A stretch of DNA of 63,432 nt, filler included, from Octopus bimaculoides (GCF_001194135.2; 4 parts of 3 records of this genome joined end to end with filler, not necessarily neighbours in it), one strand, 5' to 3'; positions 1 through 14,349 are shown, numbered from the whole stretch's first letter. The notes: a model not told the origin generated them from the letters alone. Translations and numbers: made by a program.

Positions 1-66
<66 letters not shown>

Positions 67-93
67 GCATATATATATATATGCATATATGTA

Positions 94-126
<33 letters not shown>

Positions 127-1083
127 TTATATTCTTCTCTTTATCTTTGTAATTTTAGAGTCAATTTTGACCAGCCACCGACTTTGTAGCAAGGTTGTGA
201 AGGAAAGTATCTTTTTTTAATCATCATCCTTTAAATATTAAAAAAAAAAGTCTTGCAGATTTTTATAGTCCCAAATATCGTGATCATTTGTAGCATGTGA
301 ATTAAAGATTTGCACTCTCCCCTCAAGATCCCAAATTCAGCATATTTTGCTCAAGACAGGTTGCTATGTATCCTGTTACTCCAATAATAATAGAATGAAG
401 CTGAAAGTGTTATCTTGAGTACTGGATTTCCTTATCAATGGTCTATAGATGTCCTCTTTCTAACCACGTTCGTGTCGAGAATGCAGCTGATTTCCAGAGC
501 AGAAGATATCTTTTCTTTGTGATCCCACACAACGATATCTAGTCTGTTGTGTTTTAACTTGGTGGCTGTTTTAATTTTTAAGTTCTACCTATATTCTTTT
601 GACCCATCGGTCTCAATAGGGTCAACTTCGTTTGTAGGTATTTTCTTTTTCGTTGTCCTGTTCCAGACCGTTTTGGCCACCGCATTGTCTCGTGGGAAGA
701 TACCTGGAAGACATTCTCTCACAGTTAGAAATAATGTGGTTGATGTCTTCAGTCTTGATCTTGCAAAGCTCACATTTGTCTGTCAACGTCTTCTGTCTTT
801 TATGTTGTAGGTATTTGGCAGGAATCTCTTCTTAGATTGCATGGATGTAGCCTTCAAAGCGGAATATCATAAACTCTATGCAAAGCTGTTGACATGATCA
901 ATCCCTTCTATGACTTCTGTTTCACGTGCCAAGTACCCATACACTATCTTCTCAGTGAACTGGTCCATTTCTTTTTTGTTGCTCTAATAAATGGATTTTA
1001 CCGATGCTCCTTCAGGAGAGATCTGTATCAGCTTTTATTTCATACCTCTCCTCAAGTTCATTCGCTATCCTAATTATGTTGCT
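127..1083 (-). mobile_element. 5'-truncated, degenerate R4/Dong-clade non-LTR retrotransposon (decayed zinc knuckle + restriction-like endonuclease)
   Basis: Minus-strand frames give 'RDNAVAKTVWN', 'NLKIKTATKLKHNRLDIVVWDHKEKISSALEISC' and 'IIIGVTGYIATCLEQN', i.e. the RHD and PD-(D/E)xK REL motifs, broken by stops and frameshifts. (TATG)n lies on both sides. Confidence 0.85.
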
Positions 1084-1143
1084 GTATGTATGTATGTACG
1101 TACATAGGTATGTATGTATCTATGTATGTATGTATGTACGTAT
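1084..1143. repeat. (TATG)n microsatellite separating two R4-type elements
   Basis: Read directly. Equivalent tracts at about 105-125 and 2327-2383. Confidence 0.9.
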
Positions 1144-2326
1144 CCTCTATTTTTTTATTATTATAAATCTTCCACTGAGGAGGGAACCGGTTTCCAACAA
1201 AGATACAAGGCTCCATCTTTGGGATGTAGTTAACACAGACAAATTCGCATTTGGAACTTAAGAAAAGTCTTGCATATTTTTACTGTTCCACTCACAGACT
1301 GCACTTGTAATTTACGAATTAGCCGGTCGATTTCTCTTTCTGAATATCCCAATTTATTCAGATTCTCCATTAAGCATTTACTAACAAAACCTAGTGCTTC
1401 AATTATTATTGGTATGAATATGAATTCATAGTCTGGATATAGAAGCTGGAGGTTCCGAAGCAGTTGTCCATAGATATCCTATTTTTCTTTGATTTTCAAA
1501 GAGATATCTATATCTGTAGGGCAGCTGACCTCTATGACGGTACATACCTTTGCCCCTCTGTCCCAAACAACAATATCCGGCCTGTTATGTACATTTGACA
1601 GAAATTTTGATGAGAATATTCCATCAGTGTTCCTTGAGTTGATATTTATAAATATATTCCATAACCGAGGGATTTTCTAAGTTTATTTCAGGGCAGTCTT
1701 TTTTATGGATGGCATTGTAAATTGTTTTAACGAAAACATCGTGCTGCATAGGGAGGAAGTACCGTGACGACATTTTAGGACAGCTGTTAATCACATAGCC
1801 TACACATGCATTGTGCCTTGGGATTACAAGAGCGTCATTGTCTCTCTTGTTTACCAGTTACATTGTGGCAATCTCCTGTTCCTGGATTACAAACGCATGG
1901 CCTTCAAATTGTGATGTGATGTAGCGGTCTTGTGTCCAAGCGAGGCTGCGCTTCATATCAATTCTACAGTCTTCTTCAAGCTTCCCGGGCAACATACCCA
2001 TGCATGGTCTTCTTTTTTTTTTTTTGTATGCTGAGTGCTTCCCATCAAGGTCTTCTCTGATGTAAGAGAGCCCAGCTGTTTTGGGGTTGTATAGATCATC
2101 AGGAAGAGAGTGTTTCTTGAGGAGTTCACTGCCAACTCGTACAATGTTGCTCATTTCACTTTTCAGCATTGCATTAATATATTTCATTTTGCTGCTGTTG
2201 TTCAGCAGGTGCTGCTTCAGTGATACGATACGGTATTCGAAGGCCGTCTGCACTGATCTCAGGCCTCTACCACCTTCATTTTTTCTTAGATAGAGCCTGT
2301 CAACATCACTGTTTCTGGGGAAAGGC
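1144..2326 (-). mobile_element. 5'-truncated R4/Dong-clade retrotransposon (RT C-terminus, CCHC region, REL, 3' UTR)
   Basis: ORF 1858..2424 contains 'NSDVDRLYLRKNEGGRGL...FEGHAFVIQEQEIAT'. Downstream: 'INSCPKMSSRYFLPMQHDVF', 'HNRPDIVVWDRGAKVCTVIEVSCPTD' and 'YGQLLRNLQLLYPDYEFIFIPIII'. Confidence 0.92.
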
Positions 2327-2689
2327 ATGTATGTATGCATGTATGCATGTATGTATGTATGTATGTATGTATGCATGTATGTACATCCTTTGAACCTCAG
2401 TTCCTGATGAAGCCGTGCAGGCACTGTATCGAACGTTTTAAACCTGACAGATCCCAGGTTCTAAACATGGTTGATTTCTTCTGGAGACAAAGAATGATAG
2501 AGGAAAGATCGCCTTCAGTATTGAGCTGGTATTTATCGATCCTGAAAGAGCGATAGGATCTGAGTTCAGATCGCCAATAGCCGTGACAAATTTTAGAAGT
2601 CATTCTATCCGACGAATTAATGATTCTGCCAAATTGTGTGTTATGTAATATGTATGTACGTAAATAAATATGTCTGTATTATACAGGCA

Positions 2690-4455
<1,766 letters not shown>

Positions 4456-4712
4456 GCCGACTGGCTAACTTCGTTGATAAAAAGTTTGATTAACTCTAGT
4501 CAACTGACCAAAAATATTCCTCAGTCATAAACTCCTACATAGATAAGAAGCTAGACACTCTGACCACTTCTCTCTAAGAGAAGCATACATTACTTTTGTT
4601 GACGGTGAAATCAAGAAGTTTGATTGTTCGCTATAGAAGATGAATTTTTGCAATAAAGTTTTGCTTCCCTCATAGAACTTTCATACATCGACAATATAAT
4701 TGGCGATGTCTC

Positions 4713-4987
4713 TGTAATAGTGTACCAATTCTCAATTTTGATAATACAGGAGGCTGTGAAGATTGGCTGTAAGTAGGCTTTACCCTTCTAAGAACGAGAG
4801 TACAGCTTTAATCATGAACCTGACTGGTCAGCAAACAGCCATGTTCAAATACATTTTCTAAGCCTCATTTTCATTTTAAAGCTTCGTTTTCATTCCAAAG
4901 CTTCGTTTTCAACTGACTGTAGTAATATTAACAGTAGCGAATATAACATGTACAGTTATAGTAATAATATCAGTAATTATTACCACA
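4713..4987 (-). mobile_element. Putative 3' LTR of the Gypsy element (about 275 bp)
   Basis: On the minus strand it begins TGTGGTAATA directly after a purine-rich GTGGGGTAGAA (PPT-like) and ends CACTATTACA (TG...CA). It contains ATTAAA and lies just downstream of the integrase. Confidence 0.6.
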
Positions 4988-5083
4988 TTCTACCCCACTG
5001 AAGAATCTAAGTACTACCGGGTGAGTTCGTAAAGTTCTTAGACATCAAAATATAACATGGGGTATTACAATATTCCGGATAGT

Positions 5084-6380
5084 TTACGTCTTTTGATTTC
5101 GCAAGTTGTATGAATGTAGATGATGTTGACCAGCCTTTCGGTTTCTCAAATTGTATGAGTGTAGATGCTGTTGACCTTTTGATTGCTCAGGATTATCGAG
5201 TTTTGAGCTGTTAGCTTCTTCTTCAGGATCGATACTACTGGTTCCAGTTTCAACTGCTGGTGTTTCCGCTTCGAGATTGTTCACAAGTTCCTGGTTGCAC
5301 GATGAAGTATCAAGCTTGGTCGGTGTATCAGAAAATCGCGTATTTCCCGCCGGAGCCAGATGTTTCAACAAAACCGTTTCGTCTTTGCCGCTCGATAAGC
5401 CTACATGGGCGTACTGTGGATTGCATTCAAGTAATTCAACCTTTCCTGCCGCTGGATCATATTTTGAGAACCGCTATTGTTTCTTGAAGAGCACAGATCC
5501 ACCCTTCACTTGCCATTCTGGTAGTAAGGTCCCAGAAGTTGAGTGGCGGTAAAAACTGAACAGTCTCTCGTGAGGCGTGGTGTTAGTGGCCGTACAGAGT
5601 AGGGAGCAAATAGAGTGCAGAGCATCAAGGAGTACGTGCTGCCAGTGACTCGCACTCAATCCTTTAGACTTCAACGCCAAAGTAATGGCTTTCCATAAGG
5701 TTGAATTGAGCCTTTCGACCTGGCCATTACCCGCTGGATTGTATGGGGTCGTCCTGCTGGTTGCTATGCCTTTATCATGGAGGAATTATCTCAGTTCAGC
5801 TGACATGAAGCTGGCGCCGCGATCAGAATAGATTAGAGAAGGGAGTCCAAAAATCGAAAATAGTTGGCAGAGACAATAAATAACAGGAGCGGCTGATCTA
5901 TCTGAACATAAGAACTCAAATGGAAAGCAAGAAAATCCATCGAAATTTGTAAATATTTGTTGTGATGAGCGGATGGGAGTGGACCCTTCCAGTCTATACT
6001 TAATCTCTCGATCGGCTGAGTGGCCTTCACCGATTTGGCTGTCGGAGGCACAAAAATCTAGGCTTCAGTTCGACACATGTGGGACATGACAGATTTTACG
6101 TCATGAGTAGAAAATGGTAGATTTTTTGACCGCACGAAATGGAGCAATTGCGTCGTGCCTGGATGGCACAAGGAATCGTGGAGCCGTTTAAGGTCCATGG
6201 GGGTATAAGATGCGCAATAACCCCGGGAAAAGACATCTGCAACTTTATTCTCCTTACCCGGCCGATGAACGACATCGTATTTGAAACAGGATAGCTCAAT
6301 CCTCCATCGTTATATCTTGTCGTTCTTGACTTTACTTTTGTGTTCGTTGTTAAACATGAAAGCCGTATAAAGGTCTTATA
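5084..6380 (-). mobile_element. Degenerate Ty3/Gypsy pol (RNase H C-terminus + integrase), 5' part missing
   Basis: 'KVKNDKI*RWRIELSCFKYDVVHRPGKENKVAD', 'LHDSLCHPG', 'KATQPIERLSIDWKGPLPS', 'IYSDRGASFMS', 'TTPYNPAGNGQVERLN', 'TNTTPHERLF', ending in 'HSYNLRN'. Confidence 0.92.
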
Positions 6381-6489
6381 TATTTATATGTATATATGTT
6401 TAATGGTTCTATACAGAATGACGTGTACCGATACAACCACAAACATGTACATCTATGTGTAAACTAGTACGTGTTATGGGTTTTTATTA

Positions 6490-7010
6490 TCAATGTTGCA
6501 TGGCATGGTAGCAAACTAGTAGAACACCCCAAAAAATGTCTTGCAATATTTGTTCCGGCCCTCACCGTGACCGACTTTGCCTTTCATCCTTTCAGGGTTG
6601 ATAAAATAAGTACCAGTTGAGTACAAGGGTCGATGTAATCGACTTGCACCACCCCACCACCGAACTTCCTGATCTTGTTCCAAAATTTCAAACCAATATT
6701 TATTCAGGCTTTACGGCGGCGAACTGGCAGAATCGTTAACCGCGCCAGTTCTGAGTTTAAATGCCACCTTTCACCCTCTCGGTACCTGTTGAGTACTGGG
6801 ATCGATGTAATCGACGTGCACTCTCCCCCACAATTGCTGGCCTTGTGCCAAAATTTGAAGCCACTATTTTTTCCGGCTCTTTATATGCTAAGTTCAAATC
6901 CTGCTGAGGCTAAATTTGTCTTACATCTCTCCAGAGTCAATAAAATAAAGTATCAGCCAAGTTCTGTATTCGACAGCATCGATTAACGCTCTCCTCCACA
7001 AATTGCTGCA
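6490..7010. mobile_element. Cluster of 2-3 degenerate tRNA-derived octopod-type SINEs
   Basis: Repeated core 'gactttgcctttcatcctttcagggttgataaaataagtaccagttgagtac...gtcgatgtaatcgac', matching the copies at 58.2-59.7 kb. Confidence 0.75.
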
Positions 7011-7299
7011 AAACCTAAATCAGAAACCCATATCAATACCGCATACATATGTATTCCAATATACAGAGACAAGTGTACGAATTGATATAAGTATAAGTGT
7101 GCGAAGAATATAAAAACTAGACATAATAGTACCTATAAAGTTATAACAATTAATACACACATTTGTATATACATATATACGTAGGTACACCAACACACCC
7201 TATATTTACATGTACACATTCGTGTACATACACACATATATGTATATATATATGCATAATCATACGCCTGTGAATCGCTCGTACACAAATGCACATATA

Positions 7300-7850
7300 T
7301 TTGTATGCAAAGAGTTCTGAAGACTATATTTCTTTATTCTGGTGTTACATTCATTAGTTTCGTGTTCCTTTCTACAGGTTTCAACATAGAAAATATTTTC
7401 ATCTATCCCTAAGTAGCTGTAGTATTCCTCTAGATATCGGAGAAATAGTCTTGCTATTAATGGAAATGTAGCTAAAAGGGCTTGTGGTTCTCTCACAGTT
7501 CTCTGCCTCGTTTTATAACTATACAAGAACAATTATTCTGGATAAACTCTATCCTTGTAACCTTTGAAACTGCCGTAACAAGGCCAACACTTTTCTTCGT
7601 ACTATTTATATTCTTAGAATATACTTTCAGATCATACTCAAAGAAGAACTGTATTAGGATAGCGTTTCTATCTTCCTTTGAGCAAATTGCGTATCCTTCA
7701 GATTTCCTTAACAAAAAGGAGAGGGTGTGGGGTTATTGAGAATATAAACAACATCACAGAGAGATTGTCTCCTCGAAATACCCCTCTGCGCTACTGTACA
7801 CTTTCAGCAACAATGGAACCACTTCTTGTATTTAACTTCACAATGACGGC
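7300..7850 (-). mobile_element. R4/Dong-clade reverse transcriptase fragment
   Basis: 'RRGVFRGDNLSVMLFIFSI...FFEYDLKVYSKN...YYSYLGIDENI', degenerate versions of the GIFQGDSLS, F.DDLK and YKYLG motifs. Confidence 0.8.
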
Positions 7851-8563
7851 GTATGTACATATGAGTCCATACATATTTACATGTGTATGCTGTCTTAGTA
7901 GCCATGTTTAAGTTATCAATAAGCGTATGTGTGTAGGTGTTTATAAACATTTGTAGGTGTATAAAATCTGCTTATATATAATGCATATATATACATTTAA
8001 GTATATAATAAAATATATATGCATATGTGATATATATATATATACTCCTCCTCTACGAATGTGCTTGTATATGCATCCGATTCTTTACACTTGTTACACA
8101 AATATGCATTGAGCAATTTGTTTTTGCACCACAAAATACACAAACTACATAAACTATATGTATGTATGTATGTGTGCATGCGTGTATGTATGTGTGTATG
8201 TAAGTATGTATGTATGTATGTATGTAAGTATGTATGTATGTAAGTAAGTATGTATGTATGTATGTATGTATGTATGTGTGTGTATGTATGTATGTGTGCA
8301 TGTGTGTATGTATGTATGTATGTGTGTATGTATGTATGTATGTATGTATGTACATAAGAAAGAGAGAGAGAGAGAGGAGAGGGAGAGACATATACATATA
8401 TACTTATATAATATATAATATATAATGTATCTTAAGTCTATATGTATAGTGTGTGTAGAGTATTTGTATGCATGCACGTCTGTATTGCGCCTAAAAAGCT
8501 GTTGGCGATGATAACTATAATAAATAATTAATAAATAAGTTAACAAGATCGAAACGACGCAGC

Positions 8564-8577
8564 GTTGGCATGGCAAC
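8564..8577. promoter_or_regulatory. Candidate RFX X-box
   Basis: GTTGGCATGGCAAC, one mismatch from the palindrome GTTGCCATGGCAAC, in a locally CpG-rich patch that I did not recognise as a repeat. Confidence 0.3.
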
Positions 8578-9413
8578 TGGTGCGTTTTTCAAAAGGTCAT
8601 CTATCAAAAATGACATCATATTTCGGTCATATGTAGAGTGAGACGAGTGGGAGGGAAGAGGGGGCGGAGATATGAGAGGAAATGGTGGGGGGGGGGGTTA
8701 TTTTGTGGTTGTAGCTGTTGTTTTTGCTATCTTCGAATATAAAGATGTAATTGGTGTTCTTGTTGCTATCATTACAACTGTTGTCTGTTATTTTTGTTGT
8801 TATTACTTCTGTTGTTGCATCAATACAGTTTACTGCAATATTACACACCCCACTCGTCGTAACATTACACCCTCCTTACAACACACAGTGACTACAAGTC
8901 TACAATAGCATTTCATAGTGAAATCACAACTATGACATGGCGAACACTATGTCGCAAAGGTAAGCACTCCTCTGCGTCCCTCTCCATAGGAGATTCATGT
9001 TAAAGTGATGTCCATACACCTAGATTGATGCAACTGCCACCCACACAGACAGCTTAATCCACATCTAACACAACAGTTACTCTCCAACATGCAACACTCC
9101 CGATCTCATAACTATCTCTTCTCTCTGTGTCTTCTCCCATTTAAAGGCGTGTATAATTAGTTACATTATTGCCAAACAATGTATACACATTATCTTAAAT
9201 ATTTTATAACAAGGTATTTTAAACCTTGATACAAATTAACTGCCAGTTTCTAGTTGACGGTATTTTCTGCCAGTGAAAGTGGCAAAAGAGTGTCTAATTC
9301 GATACACAAAAAATATCTCAAGGGGCATTGTTTGTAAACTAATAGTTTTTTTCACCGATGTTTACATCATGTTACATTGGCGAATGACATATACGCATAT
9401 GCACATGCGTGCA

Positions 9414-9451
<38 letters not shown>

Positions 9452-9761
9452 AAAGCAGCGAGACTTGACCATAAGACGACTTAGGACACATTTGCCTGCA
9501 AGTCCAAAAGCTATTCAGCGCATTTGGGGTCAGAGTGAGCTACCTTATGTTTCAAAGTCAATGCGAGTTTTTTCGTCGGGGTTGTAGCAGCAGTTGATTC
9601 AGGACTCATCGGAGTTTAGGATATAACAGACGCCGTCCAACCGGCGAGATGCATGTGAATGTGTGATAATATGAACTAGTACGTATGCATGTACGTATGT
9701 ATGCATGTAAGTATGAACGTATGCATGAACGCATGTATGTGTGCATCTATGTATGTATGTC

Positions 9762-10722
9762 ATTATTCAGTTTATTTCGAGTTTTCTTGCCAATTCAGAA
9801 AGAACCGGTTTCTAACCTAGATCCAAACTTCCTTCATTGGAATTTCGACATCAACAACAGGGTATTTTTGTTTGTATGTATGTATGTATGTATGTATGTA
9901 TGTATGTATGTGCAAATTTTATGTATGTATTCTCATGCATATAGTTACATATCTAGACATGCTCATATATATTTAAATGATAAACTTCTGGAAAGTTTTA
10001 CTGGTTTTTATAGTTCCAGTGATGAATTGGCTCTGTAGTCTTCGAATTAGCTTTCTCCTTTCTGATTTTGAGAAACCTAATTTCTCAAGATTGGTATTTA
10101 GGCAGTGTTACATATCCCAGGACCCCAATAATTACAGGTATAAATCTGAACTTGTAATCTGGATAGAATAACTGCAGATTTCTCAATAGTTTAGCATAGG
10201 TATTCTCTTTTTCTTCATCTTTATGTTAACATCCGCTGGGAAGCTAATTTCCACAACTGTGCACAGTTTCTCTTCTCTATCCCAAATCATTATGTCAGGT
10301 CTGTTGTGTTTACATTTTATTGGGGCCTTAACTGGTACATTCCACCAGTATTCTTTTTTTATTATGAGTAGCTATGGCTTCTACCATATTGTTGGATTTT
10401 ATTTCTTTGTCCTCGAGATTATCATTCCGACGGATTTCATTGTAGAGTGTCCTAGCTACAACGTCATGTCTCATCGGTAGATATCGCTGTGATGACATTT
10501 TCGGACAACTGCTTATGATGTGGGTGATATTTTCAGTGTTAACTCCACGATGTCTGCAGTAGTTGTCACATTTTACGGCTTTTCCCTCATCTCTATCTCT
10601 TTTGTGCATCAGGTTCTCGGTTGATATTTCCTGTTCCTGGATTGCAAACGCTTACACTTGAAAGTGGCAAGTAGTAATCCAGCTATTCGTCCATGATAAA
10701 CTGCTTTGATGATCGGTGTTAC
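9762..10722 (-). mobile_element. 5'-truncated R4/Dong-clade retrotransposon (CCHC + REL + 3' UTR)
   Basis: 'AIQEQEIST', 'ENITHIISSCPKMSSQRYLPMRHDVVARTLY', 'EYWWNVPVKAPIKCKHNRPDIMIWDREEKLCTVVEISFPADVN', 'LLRNLQLFYPDYKFRFIPVIIG'. The 3' UTR shares 'gaaccggtttc' with the 1144-2326 copy. (TATG)n-like tracts on both flanks. Confidence 0.92.
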
Positions 10723-11677
10723 TGTATGTATGTATGTATGTATGTATGTATATATGTTGTATGTGTATGCATAGTTTTCGTTTACCACAATCACTGGTCA
10801 ACCCAAGGGGCAATGCTGTACAATAGAACCTGAAATCACAGCCTTCTCAACCACGCACCGATGAAACCATATTGCAGGAACTGTTATTAATGCCTTCTGA
10901 GTGAAAATTCAAAGATAGAATCTGAAATGGTGGCGGTAAGGAACTCGTCGTATGTAGAGTGCCTTTTCTTGGGTGGTAGACTACATTGATCGCCAAGACA
11001 GCACCACCACATGACCCTGAGCTACCTCTGTTACAAGCTTTCATTTCTGGCTTCTTCCTCTTTTTATGATCATCGATCTCGAAGTCTTGTAAAGTATTTT
11101 CATAGGTGCTGTCTTTCTGTTTCTGACAAAGTTATTTTTTAAAAAGTTACCTGCTAGACATAGATGAAAGAGCTAATATGTTTTACAAAAATACCTCCTG
11201 GAACCGTTCTGAATACTTCAAATTCCAAATACAACGGCGTTTCGTATACGTAATAAGGCTAGTAGAAAATGTCGATGAACTGAGGTTATCCACGCAATTA
11301 ACAGATAAATACTTCCACTAGGAGTGCTTAAAACAACAAACAAGAGAGGCAACTTCAATAAGATCGGTTGCTCGAAAGTTTTGGACAATTTCAACAATAC
11401 AACTGATCTTAAAAATCAACCACTGAAGTTAATGGACATGTTTCTGACGTGTTCCACATCCTAAGTGAAGCACATTCTGCTCAGATTGAACTTATATACA
11501 GAAATAGAAAGGTTGTAATAGATTGCTGCTTTTGAATATCAACACTGTGACTGAGGGAAAATCACCTTGCCAGTTAGTTTTAGAAGTTAATTTTAGATTT
11601 AAACATCTCTAAGATAATTTTAATGAATTTGAGTTTTCAGTTCACTATCTTACATATGTGAGAACACGCTGCATATA

Positions 11678-12603
11678 CTGGGTCATCCTATAAATAATAC
11701 GGTTATTTTATACTTCTTTTACTTTTCAAAATTAAGATAAATGAAGTTCTTTTTTAATCTAAAATATACTCTCCTTCATTTTTTACAATGCTCTTTCATC
11801 TATCTGGTAGTCTTGCAAGGCCCCTCTTCCAAAATTCACTCACCCGTGACGAAAAATACTCCTCCATCACTCTTCTGACTTCTGCAGAATTCATATTTTT
11901 TCCGTCAAAATGATTTTGAAGACTGCGGAATAAGTGATAATCAGATGGGGCAATGTCCTGCGAATAAGGTGGATGGGGCATCGTTTCACATTCAAACTGC
12001 TCCAGCCTTTGGGATGTCATCCTCGCTGTATTTGGCCGAGCATTATCCTGATGGAAGAACACCTTTCGTCTTGAAACCAAAAATAGTCGTTTTCCGATGG
12101 CACGCAGGTGTCGATGAATGGTTGAATGACCAAATCCAAGCTTCTCTGCTAGTTCTTCAACAGTTAAAATGGGATTTTGTTCCACCAGGGTTTGCAGGAC
12201 GTTCTCGTCGAGCTCTTCTAGATCTTCCAGGATGAGGCTCGTCTTCTATGCTGTAGTTTCAAGCTCGGAATTTCTGAGACCACCGTTGACACTGGCTTAC
12301 AATTATTGTCCGATCCCCATGTACTGCATTAATATTCCTCGCATTTTCCGTTGCGCTGTTGCCTTTATTGAACTCATAAAGCAAAATATGCTGAATATGC
12401 TCCTTTGTCACTTCCATTATAGCTTTGAAAAAAAATAACTGTTAAAATCGAACTGCACTCTTCAAAACTTGCACTAAGAATAAGGACAAAGGTAAAATTA
12501 CTACTTGCTTTGATAGCAAGTTGGTGCAAGTAGTCTATCCGGTCCCCCTCCGTCTTTTAGTTCATGCAATTGAAGAAACCGCATTATTTATGGGATGACC
12601 CAA
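11678..12603 (-). mobile_element. Internally deleted mariner (DD34D) transposon with TIRs and TA TSD
   Basis: 27-bp TIRs with 3 mismatches (ctgggtcatcctataaataatacggtt / reverse complement ttgggtcatcccataaataatgcggtt) and TA on both sides. Start MEVTKEHIQHILLYEF at 12417. The HTH is joined to 'FFHQDNARP...HPPYSQDIAPSDYHLF', with 34 residues between the last two Asp. The N-terminal part has a stop and a frameshift. Confidence 0.95.
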
Positions 12604-13134
12604 TATAGTAGTCATTTTAGCTGTTGAAGTTGTTACTGTTGGCTGTTGTAATGATTGCAGTTGTTGAGGTTAATGTTTTTGCTACAGTTATTGTTGTTGT
12701 TGTGTCTATTATGATGATAGATTGGAGACGGTTGTGGAGGATCAGAATCGGTAGAGCGCTGAATTAAATTTTTCACAGTATTGAGTTTTTATCTTCAGTT
12801 TTAAATTAAGAGGCGGTCAAGTACTTTCATACAAATTTCTATTAATGCAGGAAATCATTGTGTTTACACATCAATGTGAACATAATATCAAATGTATTGC
12901 CATCAAAACCGAACAGTCGTCTTTCTCATTTTATCCTCATTATTCAAAGTTATTCTGATGTGCTGAAGATAGCCTTGAGGTCAGAGTGTATAACGAGTGT
13001 GAAAAATACGTTTGAGCTCATCCATTTAAACTAACGAAACATTGATCCATTATGCAGAATCTCTACTGAAAATTGTGGATTATATTTTAACATTCTAACA
13101 GAGTATTCTTCAATATATATTGAAGAATACGTTA

Positions 13135-13550
13135 TGAAGGTGCATGGTTTAGTGGTTAGGGTATTCGGATTCCAATCGTATGGTCGTGACTTCGATTACC
13201 GGCGGCGCAATTGTGTCCTTCAGCAAAACACTTTATTTCACGTTGTTCCAATCCACTCAACTGACAAAAATGACTTGTACTTCAGGCCAGCCCAAGAACT
13301 ACGTTGAGAGTGCGCAGTGGAGGCGCGTGGCTCAGTGGTCAGGGTATTACATTCATGATTTTTGGGTCGGGCGATGTTTTTTTGTTTTGTTTTTTTAGCA
13401 AAACACTTCATTTCATATTTCTCCAGTACACTCAACTGACAAAAAAGAGGGATTCTGCGATGAACTGACGTCCGTCCAGGGGAGGATTATATACGCCACA
13501 GAATCCAGGAAACCAGCCTTACGAGCCTATGGCTAGAGAAGGACCTTTGA
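13135..13550 (+). mobile_element. Two tandem tRNA-derived SINEs
   Basis: A-box/B-box-like heads ('tggtttagtggttaggg...gacttcgattacc' and 'tggctcagtggtcaggg') each followed by 'gcaaaacactt...cactcaactgacaaaaa'. A similar copy lies at about 29665-30000. Confidence 0.65.
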
Positions 13551-13589
13551 ACCATTTTGATACATATATATTCGTACATATGTAAGCAT

Positions 13590-13930
13590 ATATCCCTAAA
13601 ATGATGTTATATGACGAACTTGCTTGTGGAAAGCGCCCCCAACAAAAGCCAAGATTACGGCTCAAGTGTTTGTGTAAAGTCCTTGTTGAAGACTTGTGAG
13701 ATATGCAAGGTCAATTGGGAAAGCATTGCTTGACATCACCAACAATAGGGGAAAGAAATAAAGGAAGCGGTGAGAATATTTAAAGAAACACTCATTTTGC
13801 ATGCTCGAATACGCACCGCCAGTGTAGTGAGTGGGAGGGAGTTTCACCAGCAATATCTGAGGGCGTGTATGTCTATGAAGACCTGGGCTCATTAGTCACC
13901 GGTGGAACCACAAGTGTAAAGTATAAATTT
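13590..13930 (+). mobile_element. 3' fragment of an RTE-clade LINE
   Basis: 'PKMMLYDELACGKRPQQKPRLR'. The terminal 'ggctcattagtcaccggtggaaccacaagtgtaaagtata' matches the 3' end of the 19330-22700 element. Confidence 0.7.
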
Positions 13931-14349
13931 GTCTGGGGACACAATGTTCTTAGTAGTATTTAGCTCCAGGTCAGTTCTAACTGAGAAAGCTTATAAAGGC
14001 ATTTCATTCCGCCCTACATTTCTTTGTTTTTTCAGACAATGTGTCAAGGATTATCCAGTGGGTCCCTCCTTTTATAAGAGAGTAGAATGATAGAATGTTT
14101 CGTTAGCTCATAGTTCTGATTTCGAACTCTTCTGCGAAGCATGACAGAAATGCTAACAATGCGGCCATACTTCTTAATCCTCTCACAACTACTTCAGAGT
14201 AGAGTGGAAGCTGAATGTTAGCACAATGTAAAAGCAACTATGTCAGAACTAAAATTTATATATATATAACATATACACCCGTATAATTTGTGTCAGGTCA
14301 TCAAAGAATACTGACCTTCCAGGCTGTTTATATCTATCAGAACTCTATA

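Noticed and set aside
2410-2450. CTGATGA followed by a small hairpin (hammerhead-like)
   Set aside because: Lacks the GAAA core after stem II, with no stem I/III support. The same applies to CTGATGA at about 43750 (minus).
10847-11140. Open minus-strand frame 'STYENTLQDFEIDDHKKRKKPEMK...'
   Set aside because: No recognisable domain, no convincing splice pair, and it runs into a SINE remnant.
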